From a virus (taxonomy: Duplodnaviria > Caudoviricetes), in the IMG/VR virus record IMGVR_UViG_3300032117_002338, positions 1 through 53,414 of that record: a stretch of 53,414 nt of DNA; one strand, given 5' to 3'. This document shows, one piece after another, positions 53,201 to 53,414 of this stretch. The notes under the pieces were generated by a model. It was given only the letters and a program-made list of their open reading frames with translations. It was not told where the DNA came from and did no database searches. The position numbers were made by a program, and so were the translations under genes. Position 1 is the stretch's first letter. Every line of letters begins with the position of its first letter.

Positions 53201-53414
53201 GCAACGGCGATATATCGCGGCACTACGCCGCTGATCATAGCCGGTGCCGGCGGAGGTTCTCCCAGCAACAACTACAGGACCGATCTAGACGCCGGGCGAG
53301 GCGGATGCGGTGGCATAGACAGGGGCCACCCTGGCACCAGCTGCACCAACAACGGCATAGCACAGGGCGGATCGCCTAACGCCGGAGGCATCGGCGGCAA
53401 TGGCAAGCAGGCCG
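50297..53414 (+). CDS. Large virion structural protein (tail/fibre-like) with three PA14-like repeats and Gly-rich region; runs off window
   Basis: ATG 5 nt after TAAATA; open frame MTYSHGNIIA...FGTEDRARWFFNSGG...; repeated WxxFMxxYAVW..YTFTY..DN..Y(V/I)D..HxLRF..GWA..WD modules; absent from ORF track because no stop. Confidence 0.85.
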   Translation, partial: MTYSHGNIIASQDFMGFRGPADIDVAYPDPQTATDAIAALIGVGEADRGYGQPTPKIPPASRWQDIGHREWNQLRAAMGNINTHTGSHLTIQPIFNPFQQILVEDGNTYVPTDGVHTFSAHDINNNGNTVSLTVDLINYQTSITINVGGVASLPTSYPPTSTGYYIVHDSLSKISAADTLGSVMSQLFAQGRLLGAMATDGVPPSGGIIRTVGLDGIPVIGYDNVGMVREVVSISASAAGYIALTDAIAGYGSINVVELHVSTPGKPYAVQSVTVQNPNNARVDIPMLVSTLDANRLLFDPAQMDTRLALTNQRTLKWGGNITHEFTVDFGTEDRARWFFNSGGSILVSADRLGGGGNTSPVTGTFTSGTLYPVSYPPAWSSFMDTYAVWVDTGVNAFAGVSQTYYRSFTASYTGSYTFTYQADNELTLYVDDVTVGTSVSYNGLPSTTSITLAAGQHLLRFVAENISNNTSGAWIDNPAGWAVTVSNTNNSVIWDSRTHAAAEVIQAYTFTSPQVYAVSSTAGDWNAFMNQHAVWVDPNEDTYVNVPQTRYRNLSVATAGTYTFTYAIDDDMTIYLDGVAVISANVSSSRYANTPPTAKIHLTAGNHVLRFDVLNVTVRGGWALTIADGVGNVIWDTRNHLPAESIAAGSSTSSNSSVSDGFISNLLAAAGNVYINAYDITKDGDGFITGGGYYDLGALYTPIYSTYAYPEAATPPELLNCPGVFPVTWPTWSTFMDQYAVWVDTGVSAHQDTLQTSYRQFDTPQAGYYTFTYQGDNRLTAYIDGAVISSSNSYNGPPITSNVYLSADSHVLRFDTVNIGNGTDGTWIKNPAGWAATMSSQSNVMVWDTKTHAAQETIDYTPQTFPGVDKQSVKSATYNTPNTSYSYTVPENVSLITVKVWGAGGGGASDLNGVSRCFPGGAGAFIQATIPVIPGETLTVLVGGGGLAGKRGRDPRGSDCIGAGGGGATAIYRGTTPLIIAGAGGGSPSNNYRTDLDAGRGGCGGIDRGHPGTSCTNNGIAQGGSPNAGGIGGNGKQA

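Noticed and set aside
1-53414. Stop-codon reassignment
   Set aside because: Recognisable genes are full length in the standard code, end in all three stops, and no CTA/TTA/TCA anticodon tRNA was found.

Overview
Segment of a large, GC-rich tailed (jumbo-type, T4-like late transcription signals) bacteriophage genome, probably infecting an alphaproteobacterium (Methylobacterium/Hyphomicrobiales-type PqqA, tRNA-His without G-1, ErfK-type L,D-transpeptidase, GTTGAC..TGCTAT promoters). Left to right: nicotinamide phosphoribosyltransferase (5' truncated); three radical-SAM genes; a run of small early genes with host-sigma70-type promoters; a leader peptide plus terminator/antiterminator in front of a ~17 kb tRNA region (about 33 intact tRNAs, many non-canonical, interspersed with orphan structured RNAs, Pth2, GNATs, sulfotransferase-like, PP-loop, ClpP, cytidylyltransferase, pqqA and an HNH gene inserted in tRNA-Arg); glycosyltransferase; a DGQHR/HNH/helicase/methyltransferase cluster; a further tRNA; YhhQ, nitroreductases, L,D-transpeptidase, Sir2; prkA-HNH-yeaH-spoVR; and the start of a >1000 aa virion protein. 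Most notable: (1) a candidate translation-sensing attenuator whose 29-codon leader samples 24 different codons, all decodable by the downstream phage tRNAs; (2) two covarying preQ1-I-like pseudoknots, each upstream of a tRNA-Asn; (3) a phage-encoded PqqA precursor peptide; (4) an HNH cassette that splits tRNA-Arg(UCG) and supplies a D-arm-rearranged replacement. All calls were made by eye from motifs; no database searches or folding programs were run.
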